Source: Escherichia coli
GTDB lineage: Bacteria > Pseudomonadota > Gammaproteobacteria > Enterobacterales > Enterobacteriaceae
Assembly (NCBI RefSeq): GCF_029227855.1
Contig: NZ_CP074356.1
DNA length: 64,000 bases
Reading direction: 5' to 3' (one strand)
The notes beneath the pieces are model-generated. The model was not told where the DNA came from. It was given only the letters and a program-made list of their open reading frames with translations, and did no database searches. Below are positions 1-11,552 of the stretch, one piece after another. The stretch's first letter is position 1. The number at the start of each line of letters is the position of its first letter. The translations under genes were made by a program, and so were the position numbers.

Positions 1-1310
1 TAAATTGCCAACAATGGCTGCAAACTCGGTGCTGTCCAGTCCTGGCGGCAGTTGCGAAAGCTGACTTCCGGGGACGATGACCATTTTTAGCCCCAGTTCG
101 CGGGCGCGCTGCACTTTACCAAAAAGCAGCCCCGCCACCTGGCGATCGGCAAACGCCTCGCGCAGGCTATCAATAAGCTGTTGCTGGGCCTGAGACTCCC
201 CCTGCACCATCGCCAACACGCGATCATACTCTTTCATCTGCAACAGACCATTGAGCGTCGACATCCAATTGAGATGCTCGTGTCGCAATGTGCGCAGGCT
301 CTCGACGTATTGTTTAATTTGCGTCAGTTGCGCATTGAGGGTGGATATTTCGTCTTTACTACGAAAGCTGATAATGGCCCCCAGCAAATCATCACCAGAA
401 CGAATAGCTTCCCGGTTGGCAATAACGCTCAGACCGTTAAAGTTCGCCACCACATCCTGTCGTTTTTCATCAATCTGTTCGGTAAAGAAATCGGCGGGCC
501 TGACCACTTCAGCAATGGGTTTACCCAACCATTGCCGTCCGGGGGAGCTCAGCCCCAGCATCTTTCTTGCGTTACGATTGATGGCGGTAATGTAACCGTG
601 CGGATCCACCGCAATGAGCCCTTCATAAACCGAACTAAACAGCGCCTCTTGCTGACGGACCACGCGTGCGATTTGCTTTGGCTCCATGCCCATCATCTGC
701 CGACGGATATGCGCGGCCAGGAACCACGACAGCAACATCAGAATCCCTAACAGCACGACAAACACGCCAGCCATCGGTAATAAAAACTCAGCCCGCCAGC
801 TATCGATTTTACTCACCAGGTAGCCAATCGACACCACGCCGATGACTTTTCCATCGTCATCAAAGATTGGCGTTTTGGCACGCATCGCCATGCCAATTGA
901 CCCTTTCCCGGTGATGAAGTAGCTCTCCCCTTTCTCCAGCGCGCCCGGTTTGGTGAACTGCATAGGATAACCAATTTTCTCCGGATTAGGATGGTAAAGA
1001 CGAATCGAGTGCCGATCGCCAATCACCACATAATCGAAATCAGTATCTCTTTGTAATTTATCAGCGATGGTCGCCAGCCTCTTGTAGTCACGCGTTTTCA
1101 CTGCGCTGATGATACTGTCATTAGAAGCAATAATTTTTGCCTGATTCATTGCCATATCGCGCACATGAAGCGTTAAATAGTCCTCAAAACTGGCCGTAAA
1201 ATATTGCGCCAGGGCTGCAATGACAAATATTGAGAACACCAGAATCAGCAAAAAGATACGCAGCGGAAATGCCAGTCTTTGGAAAAATGCAAACTGTTTA
1301 TTCTCGTTAA
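1..1310 (-). CDS. dpiB: Sensor histidine kinase DpiB/CitA, partial (N-terminal ~436 codons; 3' end beyond window start)
   Basis: Reverse-strand translation from ATG at 1308-1310 gives MLQLNENKQFAFFQRLAFPLRIFLLILVFS... continuing in frame to position 1 with no stop; divergent from citC as in K-12. Not in the ORF track because it has no stop inside the window. Confidence 0.85.
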
Positions 1311-1699
1311 GCTGCAACATTGTTTTCCTTGCGGGTTGTCCCGAGCCTCTTTGACGAATGTAATTAAAATGTTGAATCAAAATACATAGATATTAAATAT
1401 AATCGTGGCAAATTTTATTCATTAAATCAATTAAATCACTTAAACCTGCGGGTCATTTCGTAATTACATTAATTAAAAAACTTAAAACCATTAAATAAAT
1501 AAAAAACCACTAACTCTATGTGAAATAAATCAAAATTTCACGCTGCAATACTCCTTAGGATGTATAGCGAAAGGAGAAAAAGATATACCTCGATCGCCCC
1601 CCTTTCTCCCAAGTGAAAATAAAAGGTTATCAGTTTGCAACATCGAACAACATTTGTTGCAAATCGATAACAACATGCACCTTCAGGATACTATTTATT

Positions 1700-2758
1700 A
1701 TGTTCGGCAATGATATTTTCACCCGTGTAAAACGTTCAGAAAATAAAAAAATGGCGGAAATCGCCCAATTCCTGCATGAAAATGATTTGAGCGTTGACAC
1801 CACAGTCGAAGTATTTATTACCGTAACCCGCGATGAAAAGCTTATCGCGTGCGGTGGAATTGCCGGAAATATTATTAAATGCGTTGCTATCAGTGAATCC
1901 GTTCGCGGTGAAGGACTGGCGCTGACATTAGCCACCGAGCTAATTAACCTCGCCTATGAGCGGCACAGCACGCATCTGTTTATTTATACCAAAACCGAAT
2001 ACGAGGCGCTGTTCCGCCAGTGCGGTTTTTCCACGCTGACCAGTGTACCCGGCGTGATGGTGCTGATGGAAAACAGCGCCACGCGACTGAAACGCTATGC
2101 CGAATCGCTGAAAAAATTTCGTCATCCAGGGAACAAGATTGGCTGCATTGTGATGAACGCCAATCCCTTTACGAATGGTCACCGTTATCTGATTCAACAG
2201 GCTGCAGCACAGTGCGACTGGTTGCATCTGTTTTTAGTTAAAGAAGATTCTTCACGCTTTCCCTATGAAGACCGGCTGGATCTGGTGTTAAAAGGCACCG
2301 CCGATATTCCACGCCTGACTGTGCATCGCGGCTCCGAATACATCATCTCCCGCGCTACGTTCCCTTGCTACTTCATTAAAGAACAGAGCGTCATTAACCA
2401 TTGTTACACCGAAATTGATCTGAAGATTTTCCGTCAGTACCTCGCTCCCGCGCTGGGTGTAACTCACCGCTTTGTCGGTACTGAACCCTTTTGTCGCGTT
2501 ACCGCCCAGTACAACCAGGATATGCGCTACTGGCTGGAAACGCCGACTATCTCCGCACCGCCCATCGAACTGGTTGAAATTGAGCGGCTGCGTTACCAGG
2601 AGATGCCGATATCCGCTTCCCGGGTACGTCAACTGCTGGCGAAAAACGATCTCACGGCTATCGCGCCGCTGGTCCCTGCAGTCACGCTGCATTATTTGCA
2701 GAACCTGCTTGAGCACTCCCGCCAGGACGCGGCAGCTCGTCAAAAGACCCCCGCATGA
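1700..2758 (+). CDS. citC: [Citrate (pro-3S)-lyase] ligase CitC, 352 aa
   Basis: ORF 1613..2758; internal ATG at 1700 (MFGNDIFTRVKRSENKKMAEIAQF...) matches the CitC N-terminus as I recall it; first gene of the cit operon. Confidence 0.9.
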   Translation: MFGNDIFTRVKRSENKKMAEIAQFLHENDLSVDTTVEVFITVTRDEKLIACGGIAGNIIKCVAISESVRGEGLALTLATELINLAYERHSTHLFIYTKTEYEALFRQCGFSTLTSVPGVMVLMENSATRLKRYAESLKKFRHPGNKIGCIVMNANPFTNGHRYLIQQAAAQCDWLHLFLVKEDSSRFPYEDRLDLVLKGTADIPRLTVHRGSEYIISRATFPCYFIKEQSVINHCYTEIDLKIFRQYLAPALGVTHRFVGTEPFCRVTAQYNQDMRYWLETPTISAPPIELVEIERLRYQEMPISASRVRQLLAKNDLTAIAPLVPAVTLHYLQNLLEHSRQDAAARQKTPA

Positions 2759-2772
2759 GAAACAGGTGAAAA

Positions 2773-3069
2773 ATGAAAATAAACCAGCCCGCCGTTGCAG
2801 GCACCCTTGAGTCTGGGGATGTGATGATACGCATCGCCCCACTCGATACGCAGGATATCGACCTGCAAATCAACAGCAGCGTTGAGAAACAGTTTGGCGA
2901 TGCAATTCGCACCACCATTCTGGACGTTCTCGCCCGCTACAACGTGCGCGGCGTACAGCTGAATGTCGATGATAAAGGCGCACTGGACTGCATTTTACGT
3001 GCACGACTGGAAGCCCTGCTGGCACGCGCCAGCGGTATCCCGGCTCTGCCATGGGAGGATTGCCAATGA
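2773..3069 (+). CDS. citD: Citrate lyase acyl carrier protein (gamma subunit) CitD, 98 aa
   Basis: ORF track 2773..3069, [25 protein letters not shown]...; position between citC and citE. Confidence 0.93.
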
Positions 3070-3974
3070 TTTCCGCTTCGCTGCAACAACGTAAAACTCG
3101 CACCCGCCGCAGCATGTTGTTTGTGCCTGGTGCCAATGCCGCGATGGTCAGCAACTCCTTCATCTACCCGGCTGATGCCCTGATGTTTGACCTCGAAGAC
3201 TCCGTGGCATTGCGTGAAAAAGATACCGCCCGCCGCATGGTTTACCACGCGCTGCAACATCCGCTGTATCGCGATATTGAAACCATTGTGCGTGTAAACG
3301 CGCTGGATTCCGAATGGGGTGTTAACGACCTGGAAGCCGTCGTTCGCGGTGGTGCGGACGTTGTGCGTCTGCCGAAAACCGATACCGCTCAGGATGTTCT
3401 GGATATCGAAAAAGAGATCCTGCGTATCGAAAAAGCCTGTGGTCGTGAACCCGGCAGCACCGGCCTGCTGGCGGCGATTGAATCTCCGCTGGGGATTACC
3501 CGCGCAGTGGAAATCGCTCACGCTTCCGAGCGTTTGATCGGTATCGCCCTCGGTGCAGAAGACTATGTGCGCAACCTGCGTACAGAACGCTCCCCGGAAG
3601 GAACTGAACTGCTGTTCGCACGCTGTTCCATTTTGCAGGCCGCGCGCTCTGCGGGTATTCAGGCGTTCGATACCGTCTATTCCGACGCTAACAACGAAGC
3701 CGGATTCCTGCAAGAAGCCGCCCACATCAAACAGCTGGGCTTTGACGGCAAATCGCTGATCAACCCGCGTCAGATTGATCTGCTGCATAACCTCTACGCA
3801 CCGACCCAGAAAGAAGTGGATCACGCCCGCCGCGTCGTAGAAGCCGCTGAAGCCGCCGCTCGCGAAGGCCTCGGCGTGGTTTCCCTGAATGGCAAGATGG
3901 TGGACGGTCCGGTTATCGATCGCGCCCGTCTGGTGCTCTCCCGCGCAGAACTTTCCGGCATCCGCGAAGAATAA
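3066..3974 (+). CDS. citE: Citrate lyase beta subunit (citryl-ACP lyase) CitE, 302 aa
   Basis: ORF 3051..3974; start taken at ATG 3066 ([27 protein letters not shown]...); overlaps citD stop by 4 nt. Confidence 0.92.
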
Positions 3975-3984
3975 GGCAATCAAA

Positions 3985-5517
3985 ATGACGCAGAAAATTG
4001 AACAATCTCAACGACAAGAACGGGTAGCGGCCTGGAATCGTCGCGCTGAATGCGATCTTGCCGCTTTCCAGAACTCGCCAAAGCAAACCTACCAGGCTGA
4101 AAAAGCGCGCGATCGCAAACTGTGCGCCAACCTGGAAGAAGCGATTCGTCGCTCGGGTTTACAGGACGGTATGACGGTTTCCTTCCATCACGCTTTCCGT
4201 GGCGGTGACCTGACCGTCAATATGGTGATGGACGTCATCGCGAAGATGGGCTTTAAAAACCTGACTCTGGCCTCCAGCTCCCTGAGTGATTGCCATGCGC
4301 CGCTGGTAGAACACATTCGCCAGGGCGTGGTTACCCGCATTTATACCTCTGGCCTGCGCGGTCCACTGGCGGAAGAAATCTCCCGTGGTCTGCTGGCGGA
4401 ACCGGTGCAAATCCACTCTCACGGCGGACGTGTGCATCTGGTACAGAGCGGCGAACTGAATATTGATGTGGCTTTCCTCGGCGTCCCGTCCTGTGATGAA
4501 TTCGGTAATGCCAACGGCTACACCGGTAAAGCCTGCTGCGGCTCCCTCGGCTATGCAATGGTTGATGCCGACAACGCGAAACAGGTTGTGATGCTCACTG
4601 AAGAACTGCTGCCTTATCCGCATAATCCGGCAAGCATTGAGCAAGATCAGGTTGATCTGATCGTCAAAGTTGATCGCGTTGGCGATGCCGCGAAAATCGG
4701 CGCTGGCGCGACCCGTATGACCACTAACCCGCGCGAACTGCTTATTGCCCGTAGCGCTGCGGATGTGATTGTCAACTCAGGCTACTTTAAAGAAGGTTTC
4801 TCCATGCAGACCGGCACCGGCGGCGCATCGCTGGCGGTAACCCGTTTCCTGGAAGACAAAATGCGTAGCCGCGATATTCGCGCCGACTTCGCCCTTGGCG
4901 GTATTACCGCAACGATGGTTGATCTGCACGAAAAAGGGCTGATCCGCAAACTGCTGGATGTACAGAGCTTTGACAGCCACGCTGCACAATCGCTGGCCCG
5001 TAACCCCAATCACATCGAAATCAGCGCCAACCAGTACGCTAACTGGGGTTCAAAAGGCGCATCGGTTGATCGTCTCGACGTGGTGGTACTGAGCGCGCTG
5101 GAAATTGACACCCAGTTCAACGTTAACGTGCTGACCGGCTCTGACGGCGTACTGCGTGGTGCTTCCGGTGGTCACTGCGATACCGCGATTGCCTCTGCGC
5201 TTTCCATCATCGTCGCGCCGCTGGTACGCGGTCGTATTCCGACTCTGGTGGATAACGTGCTGACCTGCATCACCCCGGGCTCCAGTGTCGATATTCTGGT
5301 CACTGACCACGGTATCGCAGTTAACCCGGCACGTCCGGAGCTGGCAGAACGTCTGCAGGAAGCGGGCATTAAAGTGGTTTCCATTGAGTGGCTGCGTGAA
5401 CGTGCGCGTCTGCTGACCGGTGAACCACAGCCGATTGAATTCACCGACCGCGTCGTTGCCGTTGTGCGTTACCGCGATGGCTCGGTGATCGATGTTGTGC
5501 ATCAGGTGAAGGAATAA
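3985..5517 (+). CDS. citF: Citrate lyase alpha subunit (citrate CoA-transferase) CitF, 510 aa
   Basis: ORF 3889..5517; start taken at ATG 3985 (MTQKIEQSQRQERVAAWNRR...), 10 nt after citE stop. Confidence 0.92.
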   Translation: MTQKIEQSQRQERVAAWNRRAECDLAAFQNSPKQTYQAEKARDRKLCANLEEAIRRSGLQDGMTVSFHHAFRGGDLTVNMVMDVIAKMGFKNLTLASSSLSDCHAPLVEHIRQGVVTRIYTSGLRGPLAEEISRGLLAEPVQIHSHGGRVHLVQSGELNIDVAFLGVPSCDEFGNANGYTGKACCGSLGYAMVDADNAKQVVMLTEELLPYPHNPASIEQDQVDLIVKVDRVGDAAKIGAGATRMTTNPRELLIARSAADVIVNSGYFKEGFSMQTGTGGASLAVTRFLEDKMRSRDIRADFALGGITATMVDLHEKGLIRKLLDVQSFDSHAAQSLARNPNHIEISANQYANWGSKGASVDRLDVVVLSALEIDTQFNVNVLTGSDGVLRGASGGHCDTAIASALSIIVAPLVRGRIPTLVDNVLTCITPGSSVDILVTDHGIAVNPARPELAERLQEAGIKVVSIEWLRERARLLTGEPQPIEFTDRVVAVVRYRDGSVIDVVHQVKE

Positions 5518-5520
5518 GCC

Positions 5521-6925
<1,405 letters not shown>

Positions 6926-6974
6926 TAATTTAAGCACTTGATAAAATTGGAATATTAATTGTCGGAGAACCCGT

Positions 6975-8438
6975 ATGTCTTTAGCAAAAGATAATATATG
7001 GAAATTATTGGCGCCCCTGGTGGTGATGGGTGTCATGTTTCTTATCCCTGTACCTGACGGTATGCCGCCGCAGGCGTGGCATTACTTTGCAGTGTTTGTG
7101 GCAATGATTGTCGGCATGATCCTCGAGCCAATTCCGGCAACGGCGATCAGTTTTATTGCGGTTACTATTTGCGTTATTGGCAGTAATTACCTGCTCTTTG
7201 ATGCCAAAGAATTAGCTGACCCAGCGTTTAATGCGCAAAAACAGGCGCTGAAATGGGGTCTGGCTGGTTTTTCCAGCACCACGGTATGGCTGGTATTTGG
7301 CGCATTTATTTTTGCATTAGGGTATGAAGTTTCCGGGTTAGGCCGTCGTATTGCCCTTTTCCTGGTGAAATTCATGGGCAAACGCACGCTGACGTTGGGT
7401 TATGCGATTGTCATTATCGACATTCTGCTGGCACCGTTTACACCGTCCAACACCGCGCGTACCGGGGGTACGGTTTTTCCGGTCATTAAAAACCTGCCGC
7501 CGCTGTTTAAATCATTCCCGAACGATCCGTCCGCGCGTCGTATTGGCGGCTATTTGATGTGGATGATGGTCATTAGTACCAGTCTGAGTTCGTCCATGTT
7601 TGTCACCGGTGCGGCACCAAACGTACTGGGTCTGGAGTTCGTCAGCAAAATTGCCGGTATCCAGATTAGCTGGTTGCAGTGGTTCCTCTGCTTCCTGCCG
7701 GTTGGGGTTATCTTGCTTATCATTGCGCCGTGGCTTTCCTACGTGCTGTACAAACCGGAAATCACACACAGTGAAGAAGTGGCAACCTGGGCGGGTGATG
7801 AACTAAAAACCATGGGTGCGCTGACACGCAGAGAGTGGACGCTGATTGGTCTTGTATTGCTCAGCTTAGGTTTGTGGGTATTTGGCAGTGAAGTCATTAA
7901 TGCTACTGCGGTAGGTCTGCTGGCAGTTTCGCTAATGTTGGCCCTGCACGTTGTGCCGTGGAAAGACATTACCCGCTATAACAGCGCATGGAACACACTG
8001 GTCAACCTGGCAACTCTGGTTGTGATGGCTAATGGCCTGACTCGTTCTGGTTTTATTGACTGGTTCGCCGGTACCATGAGTACGCACCTGGAAGGCTTCT
8101 CACCAAACGCAACGGTGATTGTACTGGTTCTGGTGTTCTACTTTGCGCACTACCTGTTTGCCAGCCTGTCTGCGCACACCGCAACCATGCTGCCGGTTAT
8201 TCTGGCCGTCGGTAAAGGTATTCCGGGCGTACCAATGGAACAACTGTGTATCCTGCTGGTGCTGTCTATCGGTATCATGGGCTGTCTGACGCCGTATGCA
8301 ACCGGTCCTGGGGTGATTATTTACGGCTGTGGCTATGTGAAATCAAAAGATTACTGGCGACTTGGTGCAATCTTCGGGGTGATTTACATCTCTATGCTGC
8401 TGTTGGTTGGCTGGCCGATTCTCGCCATGTGGAACTAA
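6975..8438 (+). CDS. citT: Citrate:succinate antiporter CitT, 487 aa
   Basis: ORF track 6975..8438, polytopic membrane protein MSLAKDNIWKLLAPLVVMGVMFLIPVPDG...; last gene of the cit cluster. Confidence 0.93.
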   Translation: MSLAKDNIWKLLAPLVVMGVMFLIPVPDGMPPQAWHYFAVFVAMIVGMILEPIPATAISFIAVTICVIGSNYLLFDAKELADPAFNAQKQALKWGLAGFSSTTVWLVFGAFIFALGYEVSGLGRRIALFLVKFMGKRTLTLGYAIVIIDILLAPFTPSNTARTGGTVFPVIKNLPPLFKSFPNDPSARRIGGYLMWMMVISTSLSSSMFVTGAAPNVLGLEFVSKIAGIQISWLQWFLCFLPVGVILLIIAPWLSYVLYKPEITHSEEVATWAGDELKTMGALTRREWTLIGLVLLSLGLWVFGSEVINATAVGLLAVSLMLALHVVPWKDITRYNSAWNTLVNLATLVVMANGLTRSGFIDWFAGTMSTHLEGFSPNATVIVLVLVFYFAHYLFASLSAHTATMLPVILAVGKGIPGVPMEQLCILLVLSIGIMGCLTPYATGPGVIIYGCGYVKSKDYWRLGAIFGVIYISMLLLVGWPILAMWN

Positions 8439-8468
8439 TACGTTCGCCAAACGCTGAATAAATCATCA

Positions 8469-8505
8469 CGCCCGCCAGGTAAGCCCACCTGGCGGGCTTT
8501 TTTAT
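8469..8505 (+). terminator. Rho-independent terminator downstream of citT
   Basis: GC-rich inverted repeat GCCCGCCAGGT / ACCTGGCGGGC followed by a T-run (TTTTTTAT), 31 nt after the citT stop. Confidence 0.6.
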
Positions 8506-8551
8506 GATTTAATAGATAGTATTCAGTGTATGTATGAGTTCCACACCCATT

Positions 8552-9358
8552 ATGAAAGCATTCTGGCGTAACGCCGCGTTGCTCGCGGTTTCTCTGCTTC
8601 CCTTCTCTTCTGCCAACGCCGTGGCGTTGCAGGCAAAACAGTATGGCGATTTTGATCGCTATGTCCTGGCCCTCTCCTGGCAAACCGGATTTTGCCAGAG
8701 TCAACACGATCGAAATCGTAACGAACGAGATGAATGTCGCCTGCAAACCGAAACGACCAACAAAGCTGATTTTCTGACCGTACATGGTCTATGGCCAGGA
8801 TTGCCTAAATCGGTTGCTGCCCGTGGTGTTGATGAACGCCGCTGGATGCGCTTCGGTTGCGCTACTCGCCCAATCCCGAATCTACCAGAAGCGCGCGCCA
8901 GCCGAATGTGTTCATCGCCGGAAACCGGGTTATCGCTGGAAACGGCCGCTAAACTAAGTGAAGTCATGCCAGGAGCTGGCGGACGTTCCTGCCTGGAACG
9001 CTACGAATATGCCAAACACGGTGCCTGCTTTGGTTTTGATCCAGACGCATACTTCGGCACGATGGTACGCCTGAATCAAGAAGTTAAAGAGAGCGAAGCC
9101 GGAAAATTCCTTGCGGATAACTACGGTAACACAGTGAGCCGCCGTGACTTTGATGCCGCCTTTGCCAAAAGCTGGGGAAAAGAGAACGTGAAAGCAGTTA
9201 AGCTAACGTGCCAGGGTAACCCTGCGTATTTGACTGAAATTCAGATCTCGATCAAAGCTGACGCCATCAACGCTCCGCTTTCTGCCAACTCATTCTTGCC
9301 ACAACCACACCCAGGCAACTGTGGCAAAACCTTTGTGATTGATAAAGCAGGTTATTAA
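8552..9358 (+). CDS. rna: Periplasmic ribonuclease I, 268 aa
   Basis: ORF 8534..9358; start taken at ATG 8552 (MKAFWRNAALLAVSLLPFSSANA... signal peptide). Confidence 0.92.
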   Translation: MKAFWRNAALLAVSLLPFSSANAVALQAKQYGDFDRYVLALSWQTGFCQSQHDRNRNERDECRLQTETTNKADFLTVHGLWPGLPKSVAARGVDERRWMRFGCATRPIPNLPEARASRMCSSPETGLSLETAAKLSEVMPGAGGRSCLERYEYAKHGACFGFDPDAYFGTMVRLNQEVKESEAGKFLADNYGNTVSRRDFDAAFAKSWGKENVKAVKLTCQGNPAYLTEIQISIKADAINAPLSANSFLPQPHPGNCGKTFVIDKAGY

Positions 9359-9536
9359 TCCTCTGATTTACAAAACACGCTAATTCGTCTTCCATAAACC
9401 ATGACGATTAAGATTTATACATAATGCGCTACATTGAGGAATTCCCTGAATGTGACGCAAATCACTTCAAAGAGTGAGCAACAGTCAGTATCATCATGTG
9501 AGTTAAACCCTCGCCGCCTGACGGTGAGGGTTTTCT

Positions 9537-10248
9537 TGTGCACAGAAAACCCCCAGCTAGGCTGGGGGTTCCGGAAAGCTTTCAGCTTTGAGCCTGTTAT
9601 TAAAACCCCTTTTGATTTGTTAAAACACCTTGCGGTCTGGCAACTGCAAGTGTCAAACAAGAAATCAAAAGGGGGTCCCAATGGGGAACGAAAAGAGCTT
9701 AGCGCACACCCGATGGAACTGTAAATATCACATAGTTTTTGCGCCAAAATACCGAAGACAGGTGTTCTACAGAGAGAAGCGTAGAGCAATAGGCAGTATT
9801 TTGAGAAAGCTGTGTGAGTGGAAAAGCGTACGGATTCTGGAAGCTGAATGCTGTGCAGATCATATCCATATGCTTGTGGAGATCCCGCCTAAAATGAGCG
9901 TATCCGGGTTTATGGGATATCTGAAAGGGAAAAGCAGTCTGATGCTTTACGAGCAGTTTGGTGATTTGAAATTCAAATACAGGAACAGGGAGTTCTGGTG
10001 CAGAGGGTACTACGTCGATACAGTGGGTAAGAACACGGCGAAGATACAGGATTACACAAAGCACCAGCTTGAAGAGGATAAAATGGGAGAGCAGTTATCG
10101 ATTCCCTATCCGGGCAGCCCGTTTACGGGCCGTAAGTAACGAAGTTGGATGCAAATGTCAGATCGTGTGCGCCTGTTAGGGCGCGGCTGGTAAGAGAGCC
10201 TTATAGGCGCATTTGAAAAACCTCCGGCTATGCCGGAGGATATTTATT
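9537..10248 (+). mobile_element. IS200 copy 1 (IS200/IS605 family), ~712 bp, boundaries approximate (+/- 5 bp)
   Basis: Boundaries set by where the sequence stops matching the reverse complement of copy 2 (48334..49046). Contains a left-end hairpin CCCCCAGC-TAG-GCTGGGGG, a 152-aa tnpA, and a right-end hairpin CCTCCGGC-TAT-GCCGGAGG. No terminal inverted repeats, as expected for this family. Confidence 0.85.
9681..10139 (+). CDS. tnpA: IS200 transposase TnpA (HUH Y1 transposase), 152 aa
   Basis: ORF 9630..10139; start taken at ATG 9681 (MGNEKSLAHTRWNCKYHIVFAPKYRRQVFY...HIHMLVEIPPK), the IS200 TnpA signature. Confidence 0.9.
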   Translation: MGNEKSLAHTRWNCKYHIVFAPKYRRQVFYREKRRAIGSILRKLCEWKSVRILEAECCADHIHMLVEIPPKMSVSGFMGYLKGKSSLMLYEQFGDLKFKYRNREFWCRGYYVDTVGKNTAKIQDYTKHQLEEDKMGEQLSIPYPGSPFTGRK

Positions 10249-10299
10249 TTTGGGTATGTTTATCTGCGACACTCGCAGTACCGACGACATGGAGTAAAA

Positions 10300-10710
10300 A
10301 TGTCCAGACCAACTATCATCATTAACGACCTGGATGCCGAACGCATCGATATTCTGCTGGAGCAACCCGCCTATGCTGGTTTGCCAATCGCCGACGCGTT
10401 AAACGCAGAGTTGGATCGCGCCCAAATGTGTTCGCCAGAAGAGATGCCACACGACGTGGTGACAATGAACAGCCGGGTTAAATTCCGCAATCTTAGCGAT
10501 GGCGAAGTGCGTGTGCGCACGCTGGTGTATCCGGCAAAAATGACCGACAGCAATACTCAGCTTTCCGTTATGGCTCCGGTAGGTGCCGCACTGCTGGGGC
10601 TGCGCGTTGGCGATTCCATTCACTGGGAACTTCCGGGCGGCGTTGCAACCCACCTTGAAGTGCTGGAACTCGAATACCAGCCAGAAGCTGCTGGCGACTA
10701 CCTGCTTTAA
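10300..10710 (+). CDS. rnk: Regulator of nucleoside diphosphate kinase Rnk (GreA/GreB-like), 136 aa
   Basis: ORF 10213..10710; start taken at ATG 10300 ([28 protein letters not shown]...). Confidence 0.9.
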
Positions 10711-10852
10711 TCCCATCTGCACAAGCGATAACTCGCTTTGCCCAGAGGATGCACTCGCATCCTCTTTTCGCTCAAATATCAACCAGATTTATCATTTTGC
10801 TCTTAAGCGCAGCATTCTAATCTGAACTGGTTATTCATCTGCGGAACCTCAT

Positions 10853-10942
10853 ATGAGCGAAGCTCTCGGTATCACTGCATTTTATATATTCATAGCCGCG
10901 ATTATTGTTGCTGCAGTGCTATACCTTGAACAACGCTGGTAG
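10853..10942 (+). CDS. Candidate small hydrophobic protein, 29 aa (MSEALGITAFYIFIAAIIVAAVLYLEQRW), hypothetical
   Basis: Short ATG-to-TAG ORF read from the raw sequence in the 355-bp rnk-uspG spacer; one predicted transmembrane helix; weak Shine-Dalgarno. Below the ORF-track size cutoff. Confidence 0.2.
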   Translation: MSEALGITAFYIFIAAIIVAAVLYLEQRW

Positions 10943-11065
10943 CGCCTGGTTTTATTTATTTTCCAGCTCAATAGCAAATTCAGATCAAATCAGCCTCGCA
11001 AATCATAGATTCATAACCAATAATGTGCTGTTATGTATACATGCAAAAACAAGGAGAGAATGCTT

Positions 11066-11494
11066 ATGTACAAGACAATCATCATGCCAGTGGATGTTTT
11101 CGAAATGGAATTGAGCGACAAAGCTGTTCGCCACGCTGAATTCCTCGCCCAGGATGACGGAGTTATTCATCTACTTCACGTACTACCCGGGTCAGCCAGC
11201 CTGAGCCTGCACCGTTTTGCCGCTGATGTGCGTCGTTTTGAAGAGCATCTGCAACATGAAGCAGAAGAACGTCTGCAAACGATGGTCAGCCACTTCACCA
11301 TCGATCCTTCCCGCATTAAGCAACATGTCCGTTTTGGTAGCGTGCGGGATGAAGTCAATGAGTTGGCAGAAGAACTGGGGGCTGATGTTGTAGTTATCGG
11401 TTCGCGCAACCCTTCGATTTCGACCCATCTGTTAGGTTCTAACGCCTCGAGCGTGATCCGCCACGCCAATCTGCCGGTGCTGGTTGTGCGTTAA
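11066..11494 (+). CDS. uspG: Universal stress protein G (UspG/YbdQ), 142 aa
   Basis: ORF 11033..11494; start taken at ATG 11066 ([29 protein letters not shown]...). Confidence 0.9.
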   Translation: MYKTIIMPVDVFEMELSDKAVRHAEFLAQDDGVIHLLHVLPGSASLSLHRFAADVRRFEEHLQHEAEERLQTMVSHFTIDPSRIKQHVRFGSVRDEVNELAEELGADVVVIGSRNPSISTHLLGSNASSVIRHANLPVLVVR

Positions 11495-11510
11495 TTGCCA
11501 GAATAAATAT

Positions 11511-11548
11511 CCCGCCCTGCCCGGAGCCATCCCGGCGGGGCTTTTTAT
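11511..11548 (+). terminator. Terminator hairpin downstream of uspG
   Basis: CCCGCC...GGCGGGG stem followed by CTTTTTATT, directly after the uspG stop. Confidence 0.5.
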
Positions 11549-11552
11549 TGCC

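Noticed and set aside
181-750. 189-aa plus-strand ORF at the window start
   Set aside because: Lies antisense to the dpiB coding sequence (minus strand, confirmed by my translation from 1310 downward); a shadow ORF with no independent support.
1613-1699. 5'-extended ORF-track starts for citC (1613), and likewise citE (3051), citF (3889), rna (8534), rnk (10213), uspG (11033), ahpF (13210), dsbG (14226), entA (24269), fepD (30403), fepC (32264), fepA (40050), ybdF (45741), nfsB (46272), ybdG (47066), cusS (57538) and both tnpA copies
   Set aside because: The track reports the longest ORF; internal ATGs give the N-termini I recognise for these proteins, with sensible spacing and overlaps to upstream genes.
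2937-3983. 348-aa minus-strand ORF opposite citE
   Set aside because: Fully antisense to citE/citD, whose identity is secure; long antisense ORFs are common opposite GC-rich E. coli genes.
10905-11114. 69-aa plus-strand ORF overlapping the uspG start
   Set aside because: Overlaps the confirmed uspG start out of frame and has no ribosome-binding site; likely chance.
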